NCBI GenBank assembly: GCA_963692865.2
Contig: OY843592.1
Span: forward strand, 512,001 to 576,000
Direction of reading: 5' to 3'
From: a bacterium
GTDB taxonomy: Bacteria > UBA8248
DNA: 64,000 nt
Position 1 is the first letter of the stretch; every line of letters begins with the position of its first letter. The translations under genes were made by a program, and so were the position numbers. Shown here piece after piece: positions 10,824-19,686 of the stretch. The notes below the pieces were generated by a model that made no database searches, was not told where the DNA came from, and saw nothing but the letters and a program-made list of their open reading frames with translations.

Positions 10824-12179
10824 CTCCGCCTGGACGCGGCGCAGGGCGGTGTCGAGAGCGGAGGCGGCGCGCTCTGCTTCTTCCTCCGTCAAGACCAGCG
10901 GCGGGCTGATGGTGACGGTGTTCGAGGGACCCGCCGCGATGCCGGCGTTCTTGCCGAAGATCACGCCTTGCTCCTTCGCGTAGGCCAGCACCTTCGCCGT
11001 GGCCGCCGTGGACAGCGGCGCGCCGTCTTCTTCTACCAACTCGACGCCCCAGATGAGGCCCACGCCCCGCACGTCGCCCACGCAGGGGATGTCGGAGAGT
11101 TTGCCCAAAAGCCCGCCGAGATAAGCGCCCACCTTGGCGCCGCGCGCGGGCAATTCCTCGTCCATCATGATCTCGAGGTTCTTGAGCGAAGCCGCGCAGG
11201 CGACGGGGTGTCCGCCGTAGGTGTTTATCTGCAGGAACCCCGAGTCGCCCTCGGCGTTCAGGGCTTCGAATATCTCGTTCGTGGTCGCCGTCGCCCCGAT
11301 GGGCAGATAGGCGCTGCTCAGTCCCTTGGCCATCGTCATGATGTCCGGCTCGACCTCGTACAGATCGGAAGCGAAGAGCTGCCCCGTGCGACCGAAGCCG
11401 GTGATGACCTCATCGGCGATGAACAAGACGCCGTGGTTCCGGCACACTTCGCGCATGCGCTTCAGGTAATCCGCGGGCGGCGGTATCACCCCGCCGCCGC
11501 CGATGACGGGCTCCGCGATGAAAGCCGCCACGGTCTCGGGATCCTCGTAGCGGATGACCTCGTCCAGCTCGTCCGCGCATCTGGCGGCGAGTTCTTCCTC
11601 GGTGTCCGCGTTGCTGCGGTAGAAATAGGGCGCGCTCACGTGGATCACGCCCGGCAGGAGCGGCTCGAACATCGCGCGCCTCAGCGTCTGGCCGGTGAGG
11701 CTCGCCCCGCCGATGGTCGCCCCGTGATAGCCCTGGTGGCGGGCGATGATCTTGTACCGCCTCCCGCCGTTCAGTCGCCCGTAGGCGCGGGCCAGCTTGA
11801 TGGCCGTGTCCACCGCCTCGGAGCCGGAATTGACGAACCAGACGCGCTCGACGCCCTCGGGCAACAGGGACGCGAGCCGTTCGGCGAGCCTGGCCGCGGG
11901 CGGGTTCACCTGCGTCAGCGGATAGTAGGCCAACTCGAGCATCTGCTCGTAAGCCGCCTTGGCGACCTCGTCGCGCCCGTAGCCGATGTTCACGCACCAA
12001 AGCCCCGCCATGGCGTCGATGTATTCCCTGCCGGAGGCGTCCTGGATGGTCGAGCCACTGGCCTTGACCACGACGTCGAGGGGATTCTCCTCCATCCCGG
12101 AATGGTTCATGAGCGGATGCCAGACGTGTTCCTTGTCCATCGTCCGCAAGGATTCGGCTTCGGCTATGGCTGGATTCAT
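10812..12179 (-). CDS. class III PLP-dependent aminotransferase (omega-amino acid:pyruvate type)
   Basis: DAMAGLWC, NSGSEA, YHG, FIADEVITGFGRTG, PDIMTMAKGLSS, TYGGHP. Confidence 0.93.
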   Translation of the reverse strand: MNPAIAEAESLRTMDKEHVWHPLMNHSGMEENPLDVVVKASGSTIQDASGREYIDAMAGLWCVNIGYGRDEVAKAAYEQMLELAYYPLTQVNPPAARLAERLASLLPEGVERVWFVNSGSEAVDTAIKLARAYGRLNGGRRYKIIARHQGYHGATIGGASLTGQTLRRAMFEPLLPGVIHVSAPYFYRSNADTEEELAARCADELDEVIRYEDPETVAAFIAEPVIGGGGVIPPPADYLKRMREVCRNHGVLFIADEVITGFGRTGQLFASDLYEVEPDIMTMAKGLSSAYLPIGATATTNEIFEALNAEGDSGFLQINTYGGHPVACAASLKNLEIMMDEELPARGAKVGAYLGGLLGKLSDIPCVGDVRGVGLIWGVELVEEDGAPLSTAATAKVLAYAKEQGVIFGKNAGIAAGPSNTVTISPPLVLTEEEAERAASALDTALRRVQAESGA

Positions 12180-12274
12180 GGGAGTCCCCTCTCGGGTTTC
12201 AGCGATTCGGGATGCCATCGATTCGATGCGGAAATCTTAATCTCCAAGCAGATGCGGATCAACCGGTGGACAGG

Positions 12275-13261
12275 CTAGCCCGGCGCGTACTCCGGGTTTT
12301 CGCTCCTGATCCGAAAGGCCTGGCGTCCGACCCTCTCGATTTCGCCCTCTATCAGGTCGCCCGGCTCCAGGTATTTCCCCCAGGAGGCGGCGTTACCGGC
12401 CGGCGAGCCGGTGCCGATGATGTCGCCCGTCCGCAGCGTGGCGATTCCCGACAGATACGATACCTGCTCGGCGACCCGCCAGACCATGTCGCCCGTGGTG
12501 GCGTCCTGCCTCAGTTCGCCGTTCACCCGGAGCTTGAGCCTCAGATCGTGGGGGTCGAGTCCCTCTTCGGGCAGGAGGATATAGGGGCCGATGGGCGCGA
12601 AGCCGTCGGGCGCCTTCATGGCGTACCAGTCGATGAACTTGCCCATGTTGAGCGTCGTGCGATCGCTCATGTCGTTGAACAGGGTATAGCCGCCCACGTG
12701 GCCCATGGCGCGCTCCACGGGGATGTTTTTGCCGCCCTGTCCGATGAGCACGCCGAGTTCGAGCTCGTAGTCGAGCTTTTCCATCGAGGGATAGACCGGC
12801 ACATCGTCATACGGGCCGCTCACGCAGGTGGCGGGCTTCAGGAAACAATAGAGCGGGAGTTCCTCCTTGAAGTCATCCACCTCGGTGCGCGCCATCTCGG
12901 CGGCGTGGGCCACGTAGTTCCTCGCCATGCAGAACAGCGTGTCCGGGACGACGGGAGGAAGAATCTCGACTTCTTCGGGTTCATAGACCACCTGCATCCC
13001 GTCGAAGCGAACCGGGTCTTTTTGGCTCTCGTTCGCTTCGAGCGCTTCGAGAGCCTCCTCGGCGAGAGGGCGGTTCAACTCCAGGTCCTCGATGAACTCC
13101 TCGCAATCACCGGGAACCTCGGCCTCGACGCGATCCATGGCCTCCGCCGCCGACTCCTCCTCCAGCGACAAGGCGTAGGCCAGCTTGAGATCGGCGATTT
13201 TCTCCCCGAACAAGACGCCGATGCGCGCCTCGCCCGCCAGGCTGAACGTACAGATTCGCAT
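12275..13261 (-). CDS. fumarylacetoacetate hydrolase family protein
   Basis: RNYVAHAAEM, FLKP, LDYELELGVLIG, NDMSDR, K..DGFAPIGP, GDIIGTGSPAG. Confidence 0.93.
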   Translation of the reverse strand: MRICTFSLAGEARIGVLFGEKIADLKLAYALSLEEESAAEAMDRVEAEVPGDCEEFIEDLELNRPLAEEALEALEANESQKDPVRFDGMQVVYEPEEVEILPPVVPDTLFCMARNYVAHAAEMARTEVDDFKEELPLYCFLKPATCVSGPYDDVPVYPSMEKLDYELELGVLIGQGGKNIPVERAMGHVGGYTLFNDMSDRTTLNMGKFIDWYAMKAPDGFAPIGPYILLPEEGLDPHDLRLKLRVNGELRQDATTGDMVWRVAEQVSYLSGIATLRTGDIIGTGSPAGNAASWGKYLEPGDLIEGEIERVGRQAFRIRSENPEYAPG

Positions 13262-13392
13262 GAGGATGAGCCTCCAGGTTTCAAGCCCGCGATGAGGGGA
13301 ATCCTACCACAGCAGGGTGGACCTTGCCGCACCGCCCTTGGAAATGGAACTTGCGGGAACAACAAAGGATCTGACGCCCGCCATGACCGCTT

Positions 13393-14211
13393 TTATTCCG
13401 TCCTGTGGTGTCGCTTCAAAAAATCGAGAATCAGCCGCCGCGCCGTCTCGTCGCGCGAGAGATTGTGCGCCCGGCCCTCGAAGAGGTGAAACTCCATGTT
13501 CACGCCCCGCTCTTTGGCCCTGCGCAGACACCGGTCGGCGGGCCGGCCGCGCCGCCAAGGGTCGTCTTTGGAGTAAAACGCGAGGGCGGGCGTATCGCGC
13601 GGCAGGCGCACCCCGCGCCCGCACGTGGAGCCCGAGATGACGCGGGCGCCGAACTCATCCCCCTCATAGGAGGCGGCCGCGGTTCCGCCTTGGCTGTGGC
13701 CCATCAGGAAGAGGTTTTTCCGGTCCGCCCAGGGGGTTCTCAACAGCCGATAGGCCGCGTGGCGGATCTCTTCCTGGCGCATCCGGCCCACCCGCCTGAA
13801 CGGCGCGCCCTTGACGGCCTGGCGCAGGGAGGGAATGCAGGTCTCGGGCCGGTAGCGGCGCGCGAAGCTGTCGGGCGCGATGACGGCGTATCCCGCCCGC
13901 GCCAGAAGGCGCATATAGCGCAAGTTCCCCCGGCCGAGCCCCGAGCAGCCGTGCGCGAATACGACGGTCGGGCGTTTGTTCTTAAGGCCCGATAGTTTCG
14001 CCTGAACGAATCCGTCGCTCATCCTGCCTTCGATGAATTCATCTTTCAGTTGAATCATGAAATATGCGGAATCGAATGTGCGCCTCGCCTCATCGGCCAG
14101 ATCGAGCGTTTTGGGGTCGACCCCTCCGACACAGCCTGAGAGAAAAAAACAAATCACCAACAGGAAAACGGATTGTCGCATGATTGAAAAACCAGCGCTT
14201 TCTCTACTCAT
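13393..14211 (-). CDS. dienelactone-hydrolase-like alpha/beta hydrolase, probable lipoprotein
   Basis: HGCSG, GHSQGG and C-terminal AH. A hydrophobic stretch ends in lipobox LSGC. The true start may be the second Met. Confidence 0.8.
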   Translation of the reverse strand: MSRESAGFSIMRQSVFLLVICFFLSGCVGGVDPKTLDLADEARRTFDSAYFMIQLKDEFIEGRMSDGFVQAKLSGLKNKRPTVVFAHGCSGLGRGNLRYMRLLARAGYAVIAPDSFARRYRPETCIPSLRQAVKGAPFRRVGRMRQEEIRHAAYRLLRTPWADRKNLFLMGHSQGGTAAASYEGDEFGARVISGSTCGRGVRLPRDTPALAFYSKDDPWRRGRPADRCLRRAKERGVNMEFHLFEGRAHNLSRDETARRLILDFLKRHHRTE

Positions 14212-14217
14212 GAACCC

Positions 14218-15450
14218 CTAGACTACACCCTCATCCGTCAACTCTTGCAACTCCGCATCCGACACGCCGAGCAGGCCGCCCAAAATTTCCGCGTTGTGCT
14301 GGCCCACGAGCGGAGCGGAGGCCTCGTAGCCGCCTTCCATCTCGCTGAACTTGAAGGGAAAGCCCGGGGCTTTGGCGCCCTCCAGCCTCCCGAGGGTGGG
14401 ATGTTCGATGTCGACTATCATCCCGCGCTCCTGCATGTGGGGCCAGGCGAGGATGTCGTCGATGCTATTCACAGGCCCGCAGATGACGTCGTGCGCCCGC
14501 AGGGAGGAGACCGCCTCTTTCGTTTCGCGCCGCTTCGTCCATTCGGTGATGACGGCGTCGACCTCCGCGACCCTGCTCACGCGGCGGCTCATGTCCTCGT
14601 ACCGTTCATCGCCTATCAGGTCGGTGCGCTCGATGCCGCGCAGAATGTTGCGCCAATGCGGGTTGGTGCCCGAGGCGATGATGACCCAGCCGTCTTTCGT
14701 CTCATAGGCGTTGAACGGCGCGAGCCGCATGATGCGGTTGCCGATGCGCGGCGGGAGGCCGAGCCTTTCGTAGCAATCCATCGGCTCATCGAAGATCAGC
14801 GAGAAGATGCAGTCGATCATCGAAATGTCGATATGCTGGCCCATGCCCGTGCGCTCGCGGTGAAAGAGCGCCGTCATGACGGCGCCGAAGGCGAACGTGC
14901 CGCCCATGCTGTCGCCCAGGGCGGAGCCGGCCTTGGTGGGCGGGCCGTCTGGAAACCCCGTGAGGTTCATGAGGCCTGAGGCCGCCTGGGAGACGGCGTC
15001 GTAGCCCTTTAGCTCTGCGTCCGGCCCCGTTTGGCCGTAGCCCGTGATGGAGCAATACACCAGGGAGGGCTTGCGGGCATGGAGCGTCTCGTAGTCGATC
15101 TTGAGCCTGTTGGTGACGCCGACGGAGAAATTCTCCACCAGGATGTCCGAGCGATCCACGAGCCCGTAGAACATATCGAGACCGCGGGGGTCCTTGATGT
15201 TCAGGGTGATCGCCTTCTTCGCGCGCGTGCGCTTCAGGTAGGCCATCCCCATGTCCTCGTCCGTCTGGGGATGGTAGGAGACGCCCTTCTCGCCGATGAA
15301 GGGAGGGGAGTAGGCCACCGGGTCGCCCGTGGCCGGATTATCGATCCGGATCACCTCGGCCCCCAGTCCCGCCAGGAACAGCGTGGCCTGCGGACCCGAG
15401 AGAAACTGCGTCAGGTCCAGGACGCGAATGCCTTCGAGTGGCTTCGTCAT
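14218..15450 (-). CDS. family III CoA-transferase (CaiB/BaiF)
   Basis: PLEGIRVLDLTQFLSGP, LVENF, SITGYGQTGP, GYD, GQHIDISM, AP.VGQHN. Confidence 0.95.
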   Translation of the reverse strand: MTKPLEGIRVLDLTQFLSGPQATLFLAGLGAEVIRIDNPATGDPVAYSPPFIGEKGVSYHPQTDEDMGMAYLKRTRAKKAITLNIKDPRGLDMFYGLVDRSDILVENFSVGVTNRLKIDYETLHARKPSLVYCSITGYGQTGPDAELKGYDAVSQAASGLMNLTGFPDGPPTKAGSALGDSMGGTFAFGAVMTALFHRERTGMGQHIDISMIDCIFSLIFDEPMDCYERLGLPPRIGNRIMRLAPFNAYETKDGWVIIASGTNPHWRNILRGIERTDLIGDERYEDMSRRVSRVAEVDAVITEWTKRRETKEAVSSLRAHDVICGPVNSIDDILAWPHMQERGMIVDIEHPTLGRLEGAKAPGFPFKFSEMEGGYEASAPLVGQHNAEILGGLLGVSDAELQELTDEGVV

Positions 15451-15461
15451 GAAGAGCCGAA

Positions 15462-16004
15462 CTAGCCTTCGATCAGAATCTTCACCGCCTGGCGGGCCGC
15501 ATCGCCCGCGCGCGCGGAGATTTCCTCATCCGAGAGCGTGCTCAGGGGGTGTTCGATGACCACAGGATTGAGGTCGTTCATGCCCAACGCCGCCCTTTGC
15601 ACGTGGGCTTCGTGCAGGAAAACCTCCGTCACGACCACGGCGGTGGGCACGCCTTTTTCTTCCAGGGAGACCGCATCGTGCATACAGCACGAGGTGCAGG
15701 AGCCTCAGTCCCCGATCGCCGTCAGGACGACGTCGTTCTCCTCCACGATCTGCGCGATCAACTCGGGCGCCGCGTTCTTGGAAAAGCTCTCTTTCTTGTA
15801 GTAGCGCACCTCGGCGAAGGGGCCTTCCGCCTCCATCAGCGCCGTGGTTTTTTCGAGCAGCCTGCGCCCGTTCCACTTCGTGTTGTCCAGAACCCCGAGT
15901 TTCAAGCCCTTCAAGTTCCGGACGCGCCGCGCGGTTGGCTGGGCTTCGGCCTCGACCACCCCCCGTGGGTCGTAGACGATCTGGCCCGTGATGACGTCGC
16001 TCAT
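15462..16004 (-). CDS. UGSC-motif selenoprotein (predicted Sec at codon 100)
   Basis: ATG 16004 after AGGAGG reads MSDVITGQ...AIGD-TGA-GSCTSCCMHDAVSLEEKGVP in one frame to the stop at 15462. A hairpin follows the TGA at 15705-15707. Confidence 0.9.
15671..15699 (-). promoter_or_regulatory. Putative SECIS element
   Basis: mRNA CUGCA-cc-UCGUGC-UGUAU-GCACGA-UGCGG, with loop GU at +20/+21 from the UGA. Confidence 0.7.
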
Positions 16005-16033
16005 TGGTTTCCTCCTGTTTTCTCTCCCAAACG

Positions 16034-17128
16034 CTAAAGCAGACAGGTGCCGTCCACGCAGACGGGGCCGCCTTCGAGCGTTCTTCCGTCGATTGCCCGC
16101 AGAACCGGATTCGTCATGTGGCCCCAGCCGGGTATGAAGGCCGAAAAACGGCCCGCCTCCCCGCCCGCGACGAACAGGTGGATGTTCTCGGGACCCGGCA
16201 CGATGGGGATCCTCTCGTCCGGCTCGCGCCTGTACCACTTGGGGATGTTGCGGTTGTAGACCTTCCCGTAGCGGTGGTTGAACGAGATATCGGCGAACGT
16301 GTTCCTGGTGTGCATCCAGAGGTAACTCTTCACGTCGTTCCGCGTCCAGTTCTTCGCGCTGATGGTCGCCCCGTGCTCCGGGCTGATGACGACGGCGCAC
16401 GAGCCGCTGCTCACCGAATTGTTGTGCGCGATCGTGCTCATCGCCGAGCAGATGCTGTCGAGGATGCCCTCGGGGTCGTCCGCGATGTGGTTCGTCACGC
16501 TGTGGGGGGCTTCGGCCGCGATGGCGAAGACGGTGGAGTCCTCGGGCGCGTAGCCCTGTTCCACGTGATAGGGCGCCCAGGGGCTCGCCTCTTCGTTCTC
16601 CGCGATGCAGTAGGTGTATTTCGTGGGGCAGCCCAGCGTGCTCTTGTCCAAGTCGCCGGGCCAAGCGCCGCCGGCGTTCAAGAGCATCATCCGCACCGCG
16701 CGGCCTATCGTCGCGTTCGCGCGGTTGCCCGAGCCGAATACGTTGCAGCCCGCGTTCATGCCGATCTCGCCGCGAACCGGCCCGTTCACCACGATGAGCG
16801 GACTCGCCATGTGGGTGGTGGCCTGCACGCCGTTCAGGTTGAAGTGCGGGTCGCAAAGCGCCAACATCGCCGCGCGGACGACGGGCGCGTATTCCGCCTT
16901 GCAGCCCGCCATCACCATGTTGATCGCCAGAACCTCCCTCGTGAGGTTGCCCCAGCGCGGGGGCACGCGGCACTCGATGAGGTCTTTATCGCCCCCCAGG
17001 GCCGCGACGGCGGCGTCTATCTTCTCGGGCGTGGGCGGGACGACGGGAAGCCCGTCCGAGAATCCCTGCTCGTAGTAGTACTCCACCAGATCGACTTCCT
17101 GGTCGACTATCTGCGTCGTCTGCGGCAT
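16034..17128 (-). CDS. Uncharacterised protein of the family usually found with UGSC proteins, with C-terminal CxxxxC
   Basis: G(F/W)SDGLPVVPPT, AINMVMAGC, NGP, RANATIGRA, AENEEASPW. Ends CVDGTCLL. Confidence 0.8.
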   Translation of the reverse strand: MPQTTQIVDQEVDLVEYYYEQGFSDGLPVVPPTPEKIDAAVAALGGDKDLIECRVPPRWGNLTREVLAINMVMAGCKAEYAPVVRAAMLALCDPHFNLNGVQATTHMASPLIVVNGPVRGEIGMNAGCNVFGSGNRANATIGRAVRMMLLNAGGAWPGDLDKSTLGCPTKYTYCIAENEEASPWAPYHVEQGYAPEDSTVFAIAAEAPHSVTNHIADDPEGILDSICSAMSTIAHNNSVSSGSCAVVISPEHGATISAKNWTRNDVKSYLWMHTRNTFADISFNHRYGKVYNRNIPKWYRREPDERIPIVPGPENIHLFVAGGEAGRFSAFIPGWGHMTNPVLRAIDGRTLEGGPVCVDGTCLL

Positions 17129-17243
17129 GCCGAATCACCCCTGCTCGTCGTTTTCCAAAAATCCATCATAAACCGAATCCCGCCAAAGAAAAAGACGGGG
17201 GAATGGAAAGGAGGTAACAATACCTCTTTGGAATCACGTGTTC

Positions 17244-17894
17244 TCACACATCCGGAAAGAGCGTTTCCGCGTCCTTGAGCGCGCCTTCGGCCTGCTCGGG
17301 GGTGAGGCCCTTCACGCCCGAGAGGTCGACGCCGCGCAGGTCGGCGAGTTCCAGATCGGCGTCGTCGACGAGCGCGCCCGAGAGGTTCGCGCCCCCGAGT
17401 TTCGTCCGCTGGAGCGAGGCGCCGCGCAGGTCGGCGCCGCCGAGGTCCGCGCCCGTCAAATCCGCGAACTTGAGAGCGGCGGACATCATGTTCGCCCCGG
17501 CCATCCGCGCATTGGTGAGGTTCGCCCCCTCGAGGCTCGACTGGAACAAGTCGGCTCCTTCGAGACTGGCGCCGGCGAGGTCCGCGCCATCCAGGTTCGC
17601 CCATTGCGCGTTGGCGCGGAAGAGGCGCGCTTCGCGCAAATCCGCCTTGGAGAGGTTCGCCATGAACAGGCTGACGGTTTCGAGATTCGCGCCCGAAAAG
17701 TCCGCGCGCTCCCCTCTCGCTCCCGAACTCTGGAGCCACTTGCCGTGGGCTTCGATTTTTTCGGCGAAAAGCGCCTCCTGCTCCGCCTGCTCCGGCGCCA
17801 TGGGCAGGCCGAAGCCGCCGCCCGAAGCGGGCGGTCCGCCCACGGGCGGAGAGTCGTTCTTTTGCGTGAACCAGCCGAAAATCTTCTTGAGGAT
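17244..17894 (-). CDS. pentapeptide repeat protein
   Basis: Many A(D/N)Lxx repeats. The best RBS (GAGGTG) precedes an in-frame ATC at 17894; alternative GTG start at 17843. Confidence 0.85.
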   Translation of the reverse strand: MLKKIFGWFTQKNDSPPVGGPPASGGGFGLPMAPEQAEQEALFAEKIEAHGKWLQSSGARGERADFSGANLETVSLFMANLSKADLREARLFRANAQWANLDGADLAGASLEGADLFQSSLEGANLTNARMAGANMMSAALKFADLTGADLGGADLRGASLQRTKLGGANLSGALVDDADLELADLRGVDLSGVKGLTPEQAEGALKDAETLFPDV

Positions 17895-18063
17895 GGCGCA
17901 CCTCGCTTTCCGAATTTCGACGCCGTACGGCTTTATGACCGAAGAGGATGAAACCGGGTTTTTCTTGCCTCAAGCCCCGGCCTTTTGTCAAACCGGCGGC
18001 GGCTTCAAACACTTTCGGGGAGCCGGGGTTCGCCCGCTCGTTAAGGCGATGCGGTTTTGTCGC

Positions 18064-18867
18064 TCATTCCCTCGGAAGGGAAACCAGAAACTCATGGCAG
18101 ATGCGCGAGAAGGCGTCGGGCCGCTCGATGAGCGCCACGTGGCCCGTACCCTCCATGACGATGAGTTGGGAACCCTCGATGCGCTCGTGGATTTCCTTCG
18201 CGTGGTGGGGGTCGACGATGAGGTCGCGGTCCGAACAGGTGATGAGCGTGGGAACCTGTATCCGGTGAAGCCGATCGAGCGTGTCTCCCTCCAGGCAGGC
18301 GCGCAGTTGCCCCTCCCAGCCCAGGTCGACGCCGGATTGCTCGGTGAGCCACTGCCTTTTCTGCTCCATTACATCGGCGTTCGCATCGTAGAACGCGTGG
18401 GAATAAAGCCCCAGGAGGCTCAGTTCCACCAAAGCCTCCCGTTCGCCGCGCGCGGCGAAGCGCATGCGGGCGCGCTGAAAGGAACCCAGCCGCGCGCAGT
18501 TTCTCGCCCAGGTGTGGTGCAGCCCCAGGCTGACGACGCGCCCCGGGTGGCGAAGCGCGAGCTCGGTGGAAATGTGCCCCCCCATCGAAAAACCCATCAC
18601 GTGGGCGCGCTCCACGCCCGCGGCGTCCAGAACGCCCGAGGCGTCATCCGCCATGTCCGCCAGGGAATACCCCGGCGCCGGCGCCGTACTCCTGCCCACC
18701 CCCCGGTTGTCGAAGACGATGCAGCGGTAATCCGCGCTCAGCAGGGGAAGCTGCGCCGACCAGAAGGTGTGGTCATGGCCCGTCCCGCTCACCAGCAGAA
18801 GGGGATGCCCCTCACCAAAGGTCTCATAGAAAATCTCCACGCCTGAGCGCAGCGTTACGAACGGCAT
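18064..18867 (-). CDS. alpha/beta fold hydrolase
   Basis: DNRGVGRS, GFSMGG, C-terminal GH. Confidence 0.9.
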   Translation of the reverse strand: MPFVTLRSGVEIFYETFGEGHPLLLVSGTGHDHTFWSAQLPLLSADYRCIVFDNRGVGRSTAPAPGYSLADMADDASGVLDAAGVERAHVMGFSMGGHISTELALRHPGRVVSLGLHHTWARNCARLGSFQRARMRFAARGEREALVELSLLGLYSHAFYDANADVMEQKRQWLTEQSGVDLGWEGQLRACLEGDTLDRLHRIQVPTLITCSDRDLIVDPHHAKEIHERIEGSQLIVMEGTGHVALIERPDAFSRICHEFLVSLPRE

Positions 18868-18902
18868 TCAGTCATCCTCAAAATAGCGGGGGCGGCGCGC
18901 CC

Positions 18903-19583
18903 TCACATTTTCGGTTCATCCTCGGGTCCCCAGAAGTACGGATCGAGCAGCAAGCCCTCGCGCGGTATCTGCGCGACGGGCGCGAGGCCTTGTTTGAGCT
19001 TCAGGCGATGAATGGTCCGCAAGTGCACGAGCGCCTCCCAGTACATCTGCCGGAGCATACCCGCCAGGGTATAGGTGAATTCCGTCTCATCCTCGGGGTC
19101 TTGCGAGAGGCCCTCGTCGTGAAACGTGGAGACGTGCATCCAGAACCGGTACACGGGAAGGTCCGTATCGCCCATCAGCAATTCGGGCTTGAACGTGCGG
19201 GTGATGGAAATCGCCTTCAAATCATCCGTGCTCTTTCCCTCCGCCGCGCGTTCGGCGAAATGAATCGCCTCGTCGAACTTGGCCAGCAAATCATCGAGTT
19301 TCCAGTATTTCTCCTCATCCAGCCTGCGGTCGTATTGGCTGGGAGCAGCCTTCCTGAAATCCACCGGGTCTTCGGGCGGGTTCTCCGGCCAGAGGGTCTT
19401 GCCCCACATCTTCACCCACCAGAAGAAATAGGCGAGCGCCACGTGGCTTATCTGCCGCCTGATGCTCCAGCGCGACCACTCCTCGGATGGGCCCTCCCAG
19501 TCAAGCTGGGCGTCGGTCAGCCCTTCCACTTCCTGGTGATACATCGCGCGCAACGCCTGAAAATCAGGGACTCCCCCGCTCAC
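18903..19583 (-). CDS. DinB superfamily protein
   Basis: GLTDAQLDW...WSIRRQISHV and C-terminal E...H. GTG start after GGAGGAG. Confidence 0.7.
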   Translation of the reverse strand: MSGGVPDFQALRAMYHQEVEGLTDAQLDWEGPSEEWSRWSIRRQISHVALAYFFWWVKMWGKTLWPENPPEDPVDFRKAAPSQYDRRLDEEKYWKLDDLLAKFDEAIHFAERAAEGKSTDDLKAISITRTFKPELLMGDTDLPVYRFWMHVSTFHDEGLSQDPEDETEFTYTLAGMLRQMYWEALVHLRTIHRLKLKQGLAPVAQIPREGLLLDPYFWGPEDEPKM

Positions 19584-19686
19584 GCCCGTCTCCTCCCGAA
19601 TGAATGCTCCCATATCATGAAACCGCCGAATTCCCCACCGCCAACCGATACTCGCCGAACCGGGCGAGAAGGGCAACGCCCGGGCG

